A stretch of 64,000 nt of DNA from a virus (Duplodnaviria; Heunggongvirae; Uroviricota; Caudoviricetes): IMG/VR virus record IMGVR_UViG_3300013307_000673; one strand, given 5' to 3'. This document shows, in pieces, positions 1 to 9,474 of the stretch; positions within the stretch are counted from its first letter, which is position 1, and the number at the start of each line of letters is the position of its first letter. The translations under genes were made by a program, and so were the position numbers. Below the pieces are notes generated by a model that worked only from the letters and a program-made list of their open reading frames with translations, made no database searches and was not told the origin of the DNA.

Positions 1-99
1 TATCTTGAAAGTTATCTACGCCAAAGCTTTGATTCTCATGGGTAATAATCGCAACTTTTTTGCCCTGCTCATTTTTTCCTACCAGAAACTTATTCATGC
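1..99 (-). CDS. Partial CDS, N-terminal 33 codons; the rest lies before the window start (MNKFLVGKNEQGKKVAIITHENQSFGVDNFQD...).
   Basis: Open minus-strand frame starting with ATG at 99 and running off the window edge. A TATAAT-like element is upstream on the minus strand. Confidence 0.3.
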
Positions 100-206
100 T
101 TTATCCTCAATGATGAGATACAGTTTTAGACTTACTATTTTTAGTATAATAGCAGGAATCATTATGATATTCAAAGGAAAATAATCTAAAAATTATCATA
201 TTTTAG

Positions 207-236
207 TGGCTTTTCACAGTCAAAATAAGGTATAAT
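207..236 (+). promoter_or_regulatory. Possible sigma70-like promoter (TATAAT at 231-236) for the 268..837 gene.
   Basis: TATAAT hexamer 31 nt upstream of the ATG. The -35 element is weak or ambiguous (TGGCTT with an 18-nt spacer). Confidence 0.3.
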
Positions 237-267
237 TACCTTGTAAAATCAACCATAAGAGGGTTTT

Positions 268-837
268 TTGATGAGCAGAACAAAGATTGTTTTAGGTAAT
301 AAATCTCATTTTAAAGGCGCACCTGAATGGGCTAACCATGTTGTCCAGTACAATAATAATAAATATTTTACTGAATACGCACAACCAAAGCCTTTCGATA
401 AATATGCTCGCTTTCATGAGCCTCATGTTCAGGGCAACCTTAATGAACACATGTTTAAATCCTCAGAGCATTCGTTTCAACTGATCGCCTCACGTGTTGA
501 TATTGAGGAAAAATCATGGGATGGCGAAGGTGAGCCTTCAGTAGGCCAGATTTGTAGCTTAGCCGCACCAAGCGAGCAATACGATGTTGGAACACCTGTG
601 ATTGTGAGTGGTATTCTTAACCTGTTTCATGGACGTATGATTGCCGTTCAGCCATTTAATGCCGACAAAGAGTTCATCGTTGTAGGACTTGATGATTTGG
701 CTGTTTTTGACTCAGAGAAAGAAAAGAAGAAAAAGAAATCCCTCGCAGCTATCGCTAATATTCTAAACACTGATATTGATGATAAATCTGTTCAGGATAT
801 TTATTACGCAATGAGACGCGGAGAGATTCAAGCCTAA
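268..837 (+). CDS. Hypothetical protein, 189 aa.
   Basis: Complete ORF. A bidirectional terminator hairpin follows at 917-946. No recognisable domain. Confidence 0.5.
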   Translation: MMSRTKIVLGNKSHFKGAPEWANHVVQYNNNKYFTEYAQPKPFDKYARFHEPHVQGNLNEHMFKSSEHSFQLIASRVDIEEKSWDGEGEPSVGQICSLAAPSEQYDVGTPVIVSGILNLFHGRMIAVQPFNADKEFIVVGLDDLAVFDSEKEKKKKKSLAAIANILNTDIDDKSVQDIYYAMRRGEIQA

Positions 838-916
838 CCTTCTCCAGCAAGGAAGCACGACGTGGCGTTTGGAAGCGCCGGGCGCATTTAATAATTAATC
901 AGGTTTACTCAAACAA

Positions 917-946
917 AAAGAGCGGCTAGCCGCTCTTTCTTTTTTA
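917..946. terminator. Bidirectional intrinsic terminator (GAGCGGC-TA-GCCGCTC flanked by A- and T-runs).
   Basis: Perfect 7-bp GC stem with a poly-T run on the plus strand and a poly-A run upstream. It sits between convergent genes. Confidence 0.75.
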
Positions 947-1687
947 TTAACTCACCTTATCATTCGGTAAAGTTACGCCGACGATTTTTTCAAATCTATC
1001 CATATCAACCTTATCATTCATCATATACCGGTTAATATTGAATATATCCACTTTCAACACGTCTACAGGCGCACCATATACACCAAAGGCCGCAATATAC
1101 CCATTACTCTTCAAAGCCTTTACAAGAGCTTTAGAGCGCTTTCCATAAGGATACACATAAATAGGCACAAACTTTCCAGTGCTTTTCATAATCTGTAGCT
1201 TACTTAATGCCACATCATAATCAGGACGCTTGATAAAATCCTTAATGAAATGCGTATGAGAGTGATTCACATATGTAAAGTTATTGGCTTTATACTTCTC
1301 AAAATCTTCCGGCTGAAGATAGGTTTTATTTTTAAACTGCTGATACTCCGTCACAAGCGCAAACATGCCGGGATATTTATATTTTTCAAGAATATCCATT
1401 GCCGACTTCTGAGAAGCCCAACCATCATCAAAGGTGATCACAACCGTTTTAGGCGCAACCTCTTTCTTATTCTGAATATCGGACACCAGCTCTTCACCTG
1501 TAATCACATTGTAGTTATTGCTATGAAGATACTCCATCTGTTGAGCAAATCGCTCTGGCGTGGTATTCATATCGTTTTCAACTTCTGCTATGCGGTGATA
1601 CATGAGAACAACGGCAACATTTTTGGAAAATGCTGCGGCTGGTAAAACACACATCAAAGAGAGGAGTGCCGCTTTTAATAGTTTCAT
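947..1687 (-). CDS. Secreted polysaccharide deacetylase (CE4/NodB domain).
   Basis: N-terminal signal peptide (MKLLKAALLSLMCVLPAAAFS). NodB motifs TFDDGW and HSHTHF, and the LMYHRI block typical of PgaB/IcaB-like CE4 enzymes. Confidence 0.75.
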   Translation of the reverse strand: MKLLKAALLSLMCVLPAAAFSKNVAVVLMYHRIAEVENDMNTTPERFAQQMEYLHSNNYNVITGEELVSDIQNKKEVAPKTVVITFDDGWASQKSAMDILEKYKYPGMFALVTEYQQFKNKTYLQPEDFEKYKANNFTYVNHSHTHFIKDFIKRPDYDVALSKLQIMKSTGKFVPIYVYPYGKRSKALVKALKSNGYIAAFGVYGAPVDVLKVDIFNINRYMMNDKVDMDRFEKIVGVTLPNDKVS

Positions 1688-1742
1688 TTTATCCCTGTTT
1701 ATTTAAATATAAAAAAGCCTCCCTTGTTCAGAGAGGCAACTC

Positions 1743-2921
1743 TTAATAGTTTCCACTGTAGCCTATATTGTTTTCACGACACCATATAGCCAAAATGTTT
1801 TTCTCATGACTTTTCAAATCACGGTTAGCAAAGCCACGCGCTTGAGCAACAATGTAATTACTCCTCACCTCAATCGTAGCTACACGTTTTTCTTCAAAAT
1901 GACCTGTAGGTGTATTAGGGCGAACACGCATTGACCAAATAGACACACTTCCCGAAATACACCTCGGTCTATAACTATAAACACAATGGTGCATCTTGTT
2001 ACCTTCTTCAGCCAAATCCTTTCCTTTTACAATCTGCGTAATGCTCCAGATCACTTCACGACCCTGCTCATCTTTCTTCATAAACTGCCTGTCAGGAATA
2101 TCAAAACCTGTCCATGTATAACCTGAATGCTCTTTAATACGACGCATATCGTAATGCCAGTTCTTCATGCGCTCAAGCAAAGTTTTAACAGTGAAGCCCT
2201 GACCAAAAATAGAAAACTCTCTGTTTTCCAATAAACGGCTTTCGAGATAGTCAACCAAATCGTTAATCTGATTAACACTCTCAGCATGGTTTACCGCAAA
2301 GAAACGCGCACAGTCACGCCAAAACGTATTTGTATAAGCCTTCTCTGCTATCTTAGATTTAGCAATACGAAAAGCCATACCGTCTGATGCCCCAGCACAC
2401 AAAGCCGTCGCGTAGTAAATAGCACGGTTGATGTTAAGCGGCTTATTGCAAGCCATAAATGCATGACTTTCTTTCTTTGTCATGAAATCTTTAAGATGTG
2501 CCTTATGAAGCGACCCGCCCGTTGCAGCACAGATATACCAATCATGGAAAAGGCTACGCACAACTTTCATTTCCTTGACTGGCTCACGTCTATAGAAATA
2601 ATCATTACGATTGATGTTACGTTCATTCTGTTCTTTATACCAGACCTGCTCCAAAATCTTAGGAACCGGATATTGAATATAGAGATGCTTAACCAACTCA
2701 ATACGTTGTTTAATACGATCAGATGATCGAGTTTTTAAGCGAAAATCACAGGCAGGACGAATACTCAGATTTAAAAGTTCTTGAGGAATATCATGCTCAA
2801 TCGGCACAACTATTTTTTCTTTCTCTTTTCGCTGCTTACCCGCAACACAAAGCATTGCCTGCTCTTTCTCAGCACGCAATAACTCCTCGCTACGGCTTTT
2901 CTTCGACTTCGATTTAGACAT
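1743..2921 (-). CDS. Hypothetical 392-aa protein, possibly PcfJ-like.
   Basis: Long ORF with a lysine-rich N-terminus. A C-terminal block (HHCVYSY...SIWSM) is reminiscent of PcfJ-like proteins common in phages and plasmids; this rests on memory only. Confidence 0.5.
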   Translation of the reverse strand: MSKSKSKKSRSEELLRAEKEQAMLCVAGKQRKEKEKIVVPIEHDIPQELLNLSIRPACDFRLKTRSSDRIKQRIELVKHLYIQYPVPKILEQVWYKEQNERNINRNDYFYRREPVKEMKVVRSLFHDWYICAATGGSLHKAHLKDFMTKKESHAFMACNKPLNINRAIYYATALCAGASDGMAFRIAKSKIAEKAYTNTFWRDCARFFAVNHAESVNQINDLVDYLESRLLENREFSIFGQGFTVKTLLERMKNWHYDMRRIKEHSGYTWTGFDIPDRQFMKKDEQGREVIWSITQIVKGKDLAEEGNKMHHCVYSYRPRCISGSVSIWSMRVRPNTPTGHFEEKRVATIEVRSNYIVAQARGFANRDLKSHEKNILAIWCRENNIGYSGNY

Positions 2922-3021
2922 TTAATGTCAACTCCATTAATAATAGGCATTTATCTTATCTTTATTCATTATCAGAATCAAGCTTTTATTGACACAAAAA
3001 AGGCCCCGAAGGACCTTTTGT

Positions 3022-3252
3022 TTATTTTAGTGCTTTCTCAAGAGCGGATCGCATAAAGGCATTGATATTCAAACCTTCCGATTTAGCTTGAGCCTCAAGC
3101 TTTTCTTTCAGATCATTACTTATTCTGAAAGAAACCTCACTTAAACCCAATGCCTTATCAATTGCCTCAGCCTCACCTGCTGATGCCACAGCCACATAAC
3201 GCCCATCACAACCTAACTCTCTTGATTCCCACGGACATGTTTCTTTTTTCAT
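3022..3252 (-). CDS. Small ribbon-helix-helix (CopG/Arc-like) DNA-binding protein, 76 aa.
   Basis: C-terminal SFRISNDLKEKLEAQAKSEGLNINAFMRSALEKAL is a classic RHH beta-alpha-alpha pattern. AGAGGA RBS upstream. Confidence 0.55.
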   Translation of the reverse strand: MKKETCPWESRELGCDGRYVAVASAGEAEAIDKALGLSEVSFRISNDLKEKLEAQAKSEGLNINAFMRSALEKALK

Positions 3253-3344
3253 GATATATCCTCTATTTGATTTTTGAGTAAGTAAAGCCAGTAAAACGTT
3301 ATCAAATAGATATCACTAAAACATCATATCACAAAACGACTTTG

Positions 3345-3569
3345 CTACTCAATAGTAGCAGCAAAGTTTTCTTCTACAAGCAGGCTGGAGTCGATGACTT
3401 CAGGAAACTCATACGTGGACACATTATTAGCAATGAACTTATTGGCGGATGCCAACGTTACAAACTCAAGCGCATCTTCTCTGGAAGCCGCAGGGATTGC
3501 CCGACCACTGTCAGATACATCCTCAAGCGCTATGCGGTTTCCATCAATCAACACAGTAATCGCATACAT
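3345..3569 (-). CDS. Hypothetical acidic protein, 74 aa, immediately upstream of the RHH gene.
   Basis: GAGAGG RBS upstream of the ATG. Conflicting plus-strand ORFs 3342..3632 and 3394..3600 lack RBS. A hairpin (TTGCTACT..AGTAGCAA) overlaps the 3' end. Confidence 0.35.
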   Translation of the reverse strand: MYAITVLIDGNRIALEDVSDSGRAIPAASREDALEFVTLASANKFIANNVSTYEFPEVIDSSLLVEENFAATIE

Positions 3570-3791
3570 TTTAAACCTCTCTCGTTATTTATGTGGTTAA
3601 ATGACAACCAAGCGAAGCCACTATACGGATAACCCTTATGACACTCAAGAAATTTTTGACTATTTTTTATACTTATTTCTTTATTTTGCTCTGAACTTAA
3701 CTCAGTCTCGGCTTGTTTTTATTTAGAGGATGATTTTGACTAGTAAATCATTACCTAACCATGATATGATTATACAAAACAGGAGATATCT

Positions 3792-4082
3792 ATGAAAAAA
3801 CTGATTAGTCTTGCACTTACCACGTTACTATTCTCTGGCGCTGCGTTATCACAATGTAACTCAACCTCTCCAGCAAGGAGCAATGCCAGAGATGCTGGTG
3901 TTCAGGTCAATACAATTCAAACCTGTGAGAATAACGGCAATATTACAACCACTATTACTTACACGAATGGAACAGTAAAAATCATCAATCCTGATCATAG
4001 CGTTCAGGAAATCCGTGTGAATAATGAGATTAAACTCATTCAACCTGACGGAAAAGCTGTAGTTCTACAGCAAGGCCAGTAA
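3792..4082 (+). CDS. Small secreted protein, 96 aa, with signal peptide.
   Basis: MKKLISLALTTLLFSGAALSQ signal peptide and GGAG RBS. Terminator hairpin directly downstream. Confidence 0.55.
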   Translation: MKKLISLALTTLLFSGAALSQCNSTSPARSNARDAGVQVNTIQTCENNGNITTTITYTNGTVKIINPDHSVQEIRVNNEIKLIQPDGKAVVLQQGQ

Positions 4083-4095
4083 TCACATTAGGCAA

Positions 4096-4123
4096 TAAAA
4101 AAGGCCACTTAGTGGCCTTATTA
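4096..4123. terminator. Bidirectional intrinsic terminator (GGCCACT-TA-GTGGCC).
   Basis: Perfect stem flanked by A- and T-runs, between convergent genes 3792..4082 (+) and 4126..6093 (-). Confidence 0.75.
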
Positions 4124-4125
4124 AC

Positions 4126-6093
4126 TTATACGAACTTAAGCAGATAATCTAACACTTCGCTTTCGTTGTATTCCTCATTGTATTGGCTCATAAGAAGGCC
4201 AGCAGGATAGGCTTTAGAAAGTATCTTTCTTGCTTGCTCCACTGATGTAAGACTATACAGCTTATTTCTTATCTCAACTTCTGACTTTATAGGAGTCACT
4301 GCCCAATACTGAATAGGTGAAAGGTTAAAGTTCAGCGGAAGGCTCATATCTCCATTTTTTGTGCTAAAATGACCTTCTATTCCAATCGTGTTCTGCTGAA
4401 TGTTTGACTGCATGAATAAGTTGCTTTTATTCTTAGAGACGATATTAAAAGAAGATGTTGAATACTGTTTAAGCTGCTCTAATTTATAGTCATCACAAAT
4501 AGAATCATTAAATAAAACAGTTAAATCTACTCCTTGCTTACGCCCCTCTCTCAATAAAACTGTTATAATACCGCGAAGCTCATCACGATTATGTTTTTTT
4601 GAAAAAGCAATCTCTGCGTCGTCTAACACTAGACGTTTATTACTATTTTTTACTTTACTAATATAACGTCTTATTAAAGGTTTACATTTTTCATTTATAC
4701 TGGAAATATCATCATAGAAATAATGTTCAAGTATAAACTGTTTTAAAAGATGACAACTTGCAAGAACATAGCCAAACTCTGCTTCTTTGCTATCTTTGGC
4801 GAGAGCCAAATGCGTTATATGCTCTCTATAGTCTATATTTACATTAGTCGCACTTGAGGCAAATACATTATTTCTGAGGATCTCATCTGCTTTTATTATA
4901 GCTCTCTGGAACTCTTTCTCAAATACACTTAGTTCTCCGCGTCTTTCTGTATCAAGCGCATCCCTAAAATCTTTCATTGTCGGCATAGCTTGTTTGTGAG
5001 CATACCATGCCCAATATTCATTTTTACCTGAATCCGCAATGATATTTCTTATTTCAATCCACGACATCTCATTGCGACTCTCTCCAGCTTCTAATAATGC
5101 TATTTTTATTTCTGGAACACTTTCTATATTTACGTATTTTTCTTTATATAGACCTTCAGTGATTCTCCACAATGCTCCTGCGTTGAGTTCATTGCCTGTT
5201 ATATATGAAAGCACACTTGTTATCGCAGATAGTTCATTGCCTAATGGTTTATCATGCCCAAAACTGATATCGAACGGATTAATGCAATGCTGGCTCTCAT
5301 TATTAATATTGTATTTTTTAACAATTACTTCATATTTCTTTTTCTGTTTTAAACCATAACTTATTGTATCAATAAAACCATCGCTGCTTTTATCTTTACT
5401 TATAACTGAGATGTAAGGGGTTCTTTCATTATCGTCTGAGCTATTAGAGAAAAAAGACAGATTTAACGTATTTAATAATACTTTGGCATACTGTTTTTGA
5501 TATGGTTCGCTATAGCTTATTACGTTAATCCATACCTGCTGGTCTTGGGAGTTTGATTCAAAATAAAAAGATTGTCCATTGCTTTGAGTAAATCTATGCC
5601 CTTTATTTGAACCAATATCGTTTCTCGCTTCAGGCTTGTTAATTTTATCTTCGAAAGGCATGAACATTAAGACATCAGAGCCATCAATGCATTTAGATTG
5701 GTATTTTTGCATCACCACCAATATATTTAAAAACTCTTGTTTTATTTTTTTCTCGCAGTCGCTTTTTAAAATCAAATAATACTTTTTGTTTTTCCCAATA
5801 TTATCAATACTTATCTTCTTATTTACTTCATCAACCAAGTCAGACATAGCATAAAAATCATGAGCGGGTTTTAAAACTTCTTTTTCTTTATTATCAGACT
5901 CAATAAATATAATCTGGCTGCGGATTTTTTGTTTTTTTAGAAGATTTATTGTTTGCTCATCTTGAACATTAAAGTTGTCAACTTCAAGGATAATATAATA
6001 ATTATCATCATCTCCGCGCATGATATATGAAATATCATTTGTTGGAGTTAGAGTCTTGGCGGTAATAAATAAATCCTGTAGTATATTTTTCAT
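4126..6093 (-). CDS. Large hypothetical protein, 655 aa.
   Basis: Long uninterrupted ORF immediately downstream of the five-paralog array on the same strand. No recognisable motifs (no Walker A). Confidence 0.6.
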   Translation of the reverse strand: MKNILQDLFITAKTLTPTNDISYIMRGDDDNYYIILEVDNFNVQDEQTINLLKKQKIRSQIIFIESDNKEKEVLKPAHDFYAMSDLVDEVNKKISIDNIGKNKKYYLILKSDCEKKIKQEFLNILVVMQKYQSKCIDGSDVLMFMPFEDKINKPEARNDIGSNKGHRFTQSNGQSFYFESNSQDQQVWINVISYSEPYQKQYAKVLLNTLNLSFFSNSSDDNERTPYISVISKDKSSDGFIDTISYGLKQKKKYEVIVKKYNINNESQHCINPFDISFGHDKPLGNELSAITSVLSYITGNELNAGALWRITEGLYKEKYVNIESVPEIKIALLEAGESRNEMSWIEIRNIIADSGKNEYWAWYAHKQAMPTMKDFRDALDTERRGELSVFEKEFQRAIIKADEILRNNVFASSATNVNIDYREHITHLALAKDSKEAEFGYVLASCHLLKQFILEHYFYDDISSINEKCKPLIRRYISKVKNSNKRLVLDDAEIAFSKKHNRDELRGIITVLLREGRKQGVDLTVLFNDSICDDYKLEQLKQYSTSSFNIVSKNKSNLFMQSNIQQNTIGIEGHFSTKNGDMSLPLNFNLSPIQYWAVTPIKSEVEIRNKLYSLTSVEQARKILSKAYPAGLLMSQYNEEYNESEVLDYLLKFV

Positions 6094-6227
6094 AGGAACT
6101 CCTAAATATTAATATTAATAAAATAAACCGTTATCTTTTAAAGCAAACAAAAGATACTCAGTGAAATCAATTTAGGAGACAAATAAAACCTTGTCAAATA
6201 ATCCAAAATTTCTCGACTTTTTTATTT

Positions 6228-7331
6228 TTAAAAAGCCACCAACCACCCGCGCAGACTGGATTCCTTGTCATCGCCGTATATCGTTCCGCTATGTTTTTCT
6301 TTTAGAATCCCCATAGCTTTATCGACATTATCTGTAATAACCCAATCCATTCTATCCTTTTCTGAAAGATAAATATTATTGGTCAGATACGTTTCCATTT
6401 TAGGACTATTGTTTTGAGGCCTGTCCTTAGAAATAATCGTATAAAAAGCATTAAAGGTCTTAAAAATTGTATAAAGTTTATCATAATCATGCTGTTTATA
6501 AGCCTCTAACATTTTTTTAAGCTCAGCATTCTTCGGCTCTACAACATCATCCATTTCCCCAACCGTTTTTTTAATAAACGTACTGTCTCTATTGTAGTTT
6601 GCAACTAAAAAATTCCTAATCTCAATATATTTTCTTGACTGCTCTGGTCTCAACATAAACAAATTAGAATCAACTCCATTTTCGCTTGAATATCTTATTA
6701 TATTGCTATACATTTTTTCAGGTAAGGATGGATCTTTTATATAATTATCTCTTGCTGAAAAAGAATACTGAGCATAATCAAGCGCCTCTTTTTTACTCAA
6801 ATTATTTTTTATCTTATCTTGATAAAGACGAATATTTTTCTGTAGCTTTTGTATATTTTCATTCCCTTCAGAAAAATATTCATCTTTTGAAAGCATTCCC
6901 ATAAGTGCTGCCAAATGTTTAGTATTATCTATTCCATTATATTTATATTTTGCTCGAACAAAGGCATCAAAAGTATTTGTTTCATTTAGATACGTAAATA
7001 ATGTATTGTTGCGGGAATCCACATAAATAAACTTGAATAACGCCATATCTTTCTCAAAATCACTCTTAGAATAAGGAACGGCATCAGCCTTATTTTTGAA
7101 TGCTGAATACGTTTCAACGCTTTCAAAGTAAGCAGCTCTACTATCAGCAAAGTTTGACATCTTTACACCATTAGATACAGATGTGCCTATATCTAAGGAT
7201 ACAGCAGTCAGACAAAGTAATGACAATGATATAAAGGACTTCTTGAAAAACCCTTTGGATTTGACTACTGAGTTGTTTTTATTTGTTATCTTTTGCTCAA
7301 AAACATTTTCTTGTCTTTTTAGTTCAATCAT
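6228..7331 (-). CDS. Paralog 5 of the N-anchored membrane-protein family, 367 aa.
   Basis: N-terminal basic segment plus one TM helix. Shares the AVPYS..F..D and YK.HDYDKL...F.TFNAF blocks with four upstream paralogs. Confidence 0.6.
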   Translation of the reverse strand: MIELKRQENVFEQKITNKNNSVVKSKGFFKKSFISLSLLCLTAVSLDIGTSVSNGVKMSNFADSRAAYFESVETYSAFKNKADAVPYSKSDFEKDMALFKFIYVDSRNNTLFTYLNETNTFDAFVRAKYKYNGIDNTKHLAALMGMLSKDEYFSEGNENIQKLQKNIRLYQDKIKNNLSKKEALDYAQYSFSARDNYIKDPSLPEKMYSNIIRYSSENGVDSNLFMLRPEQSRKYIEIRNFLVANYNRDSTFIKKTVGEMDDVVEPKNAELKKMLEAYKQHDYDKLYTIFKTFNAFYTIISKDRPQNNSPKMETYLTNNIYLSEKDRMDWVITDNVDKAMGILKEKHSGTIYGDDKESSLRGWLVAF

Positions 7332-7340
7332 TTTATTTCC

Positions 7341-8399
7341 TTAATAATAAAGAGCAAACATGTCGTCATAATAAACAGCATTCTCAGGGGTATATTCTCC
7401 TTTTGCCCTGGCAATAAAGCGAGCACTGTCAAATATCAATGAGCCATCATATATGCCATCAAATAATACAGAGGATATTAAATTGGTTGTTGGCGCATTT
7501 TTATTGGCATAACTCATTGGCTGCTCAACCATCACATAACTAAAAGCACGAGCCATCTGTAGCAGCTTTCTTAGTTTTTCTTTATCTCCTGATTTATAAT
7601 ACTTTTCTATTTCTGAGTTTGCTTTATTGGCAGACGATTCCACATCATGGAAATATTTATTAAGACCTTCGCTTGTTGAAGTTAGTTTTTTTCTATTATA
7701 AGCGATATTAGGATCTATAAGTAATATATTTTCACTGAAACCTTTCTCTTTTAAATAACTATTCATATTATTGTATATTTCTTGATTATCGCTATTCATA
7801 GGACCTAAACTACCGTATATGTTAGATAATCTTAAAGAGCCGGATATAAATTTTCTTGCCGTATCTGGATCATCTTCAGGCTTTATTGTTCTTTCCATCG
7901 TATTAGAAACACTTACAGGGATGTCTTTAAGCTCGCTATCAGGCAATCCTTTTGTCGCCTGCAGTAGCCGCTCATAATTTTCATTTTGGTCTTTATATTT
8001 AAAACCATTAATTATCATTGAATTAATATTATAGCCACGACCTCCTCCTCTACTATTAACTATTTTCCTATACATTACATTATCTTTATGTCCGTATAGA
8101 TAGTCTAATGTTTTTAGATCATAGTTAAACTGCGCATCAGAATAAGGCACAGAATCAATTTGCTTTTTAAAGCTTTCATATTCAGTTAAAACATTATGGT
8201 TATGCACTTTATATTCCGCAATATTACTTATTTTAATCGAATATGTATTTATCAAAGCAACATCCCATGAGGTGATTGCTGCAACAGTTAAACCTACACC
8301 TAAAGCAATACGCTTCAGCCATGAAGCCTTTGCGATTTTATTTTTTGATACCTTGGAATAGGTATATTTTTGTCCAAACAAGCTTTTTGTTTTTAACAT
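7341..8399 (-). CDS. Paralog 4 of the N-anchored membrane-protein family, 352 aa.
   Basis: Conserved blocks: SVPYSDAQF, EKGFSENILLIDP, YYKSGDKEKLRKLLQMARAF, and a C-terminal YTPEN..YYDD.F.LY. Confidence 0.65.
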   Translation of the reverse strand: MLKTKSLFGQKYTYSKVSKNKIAKASWLKRIALGVGLTVAAITSWDVALINTYSIKISNIAEYKVHNHNVLTEYESFKKQIDSVPYSDAQFNYDLKTLDYLYGHKDNVMYRKIVNSRGGGRGYNINSMIINGFKYKDQNENYERLLQATKGLPDSELKDIPVSVSNTMERTIKPEDDPDTARKFISGSLRLSNIYGSLGPMNSDNQEIYNNMNSYLKEKGFSENILLIDPNIAYNRKKLTSTSEGLNKYFHDVESSANKANSEIEKYYKSGDKEKLRKLLQMARAFSYVMVEQPMSYANKNAPTTNLISSVLFDGIYDGSLIFDSARFIARAKGEYTPENAVYYDDMFALYY

Positions 8400-8409
8400 A
8401 TTTTAGTCC

Positions 8410-9459
8410 CTAGAAATATAATGAAAAAAATGAATCATCATAATACAAAGAGTTATCAGGTGTATAATCACCATTTTTCTGAGCAATCCATTTTATAGTT
8501 TCCGCCACACCATAACCATTTTCAGCATCACCTATAAGCTTAAATGAAAGGGGAGGCTCAACTAATCCCACATTATACGTTTTCTGCGCTATCTCTCCCG
8601 CTATGCGATATTTGAATGCATACGCCATCTGGAGCAGCTCTTTCAGCTTCGCCTTATCACCAGAACGATAAACACTCTCAAGCTCAGCATTCGCTTTCTG
8701 AGTAGACTCTCGCACTTTTGTATAAAACTTTTCAATACCTTCAGATCTATCACCTCGTGAAAGAGCAAGATCAGGCGATATGAAAAGAATATTTTCACCA
8801 AATCCTTTTTCTTTGAAATAATGCTCCATGTTTTCATAAAGCCCTTTATTCAAAGATATTCCCTCACCAAAAGTGGCATAGCTTGCGCTCATTCTATATG
8901 AAGCTAATGAGTTCATTGCCCACTTTACTTTATCCTTTTTAACACCCTCATCCAAAGAAAATACTTTGTATATTTCAGGATTTAGATCTTTGAATTCCTT
9001 TTCAGGCATATCTTTTGTTAAGGTTAGTAGCTTATTATACGTTGCGACCTGATCGATATATTTACCACTTCCTAACGTCATCATGCCTAAAAAAGAACCA
9101 TAACCTCCACTGACGCCGCTCATTATTTTGTTATACATAACGTTCTCCTGATGATTATAGATAACATCAAGAACCTTTAAATCCTGATTAAACTGCGCAT
9201 CTGTATAAGGAACTGCATCTATTTGTGATTTAAATGTGCTATAGGATGATAACGATTTATAATGGTTTACTTTGTAGTTTGCTAATGTGTTTACCTTAGC
9301 AACATCACCACTTAATATAGCCACATCACATGCAGCAATACCTGCCACCGTAAACATTACACCTACTATAACTTTTTTAACAAAAGAGGTCTTACTGACC
9401 TTAGCCGATTTCTCTTTATAGGTTATATCGTTATTAAATACACTTTTAAATTTAAACAT
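8410..9459 (-). CDS. Paralog 3 of the N-anchored membrane-protein family, 349 aa.
   Basis: Conserved blocks: AVPYTDAQF, EKGFGENILFISP, YRSGDKAKLKELLQMAYAF, and a C-terminal YTPDN..YYDD. Confidence 0.65.
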   Translation of the reverse strand: MFKFKSVFNNDITYKEKSAKVSKTSFVKKVIVGVMFTVAGIAACDVAILSGDVAKVNTLANYKVNHYKSLSSYSTFKSQIDAVPYTDAQFNQDLKVLDVIYNHQENVMYNKIMSGVSGGYGSFLGMMTLGSGKYIDQVATYNKLLTLTKDMPEKEFKDLNPEIYKVFSLDEGVKKDKVKWAMNSLASYRMSASYATFGEGISLNKGLYENMEHYFKEKGFGENILFISPDLALSRGDRSEGIEKFYTKVRESTQKANAELESVYRSGDKAKLKELLQMAYAFKYRIAGEIAQKTYNVGLVEPPLSFKLIGDAENGYGVAETIKWIAQKNGDYTPDNSLYYDDSFFSLYF

Positions 9460-9474
9460 TTGCAGTATCCTTAT

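Noticed and set aside
1250-1645. 131-aa plus-strand ORF inside the deacetylase gene.
   Set aside because: Antisense to a gene with recognisable domain motifs. Low-complexity, Ile/Phe/Lys-rich, typical of reverse-strand AT-rich noise. The same logic applies to 2463..2726, 2723..2917, 5039..5359, 6686..6904, 8643..8837, 12795..13205, 13508..13747, 16281..16568, 17573..17803, 19945..20283, 20019..20219, 29897..30283, 33453..33855, 36074..36510, 36983..37351, 47057..47496, 49985..50197, 50987..51229, 52345..52545, 54659..54859, 55823..56152, 58036..58314, 59067..59414 and 62104..62370.
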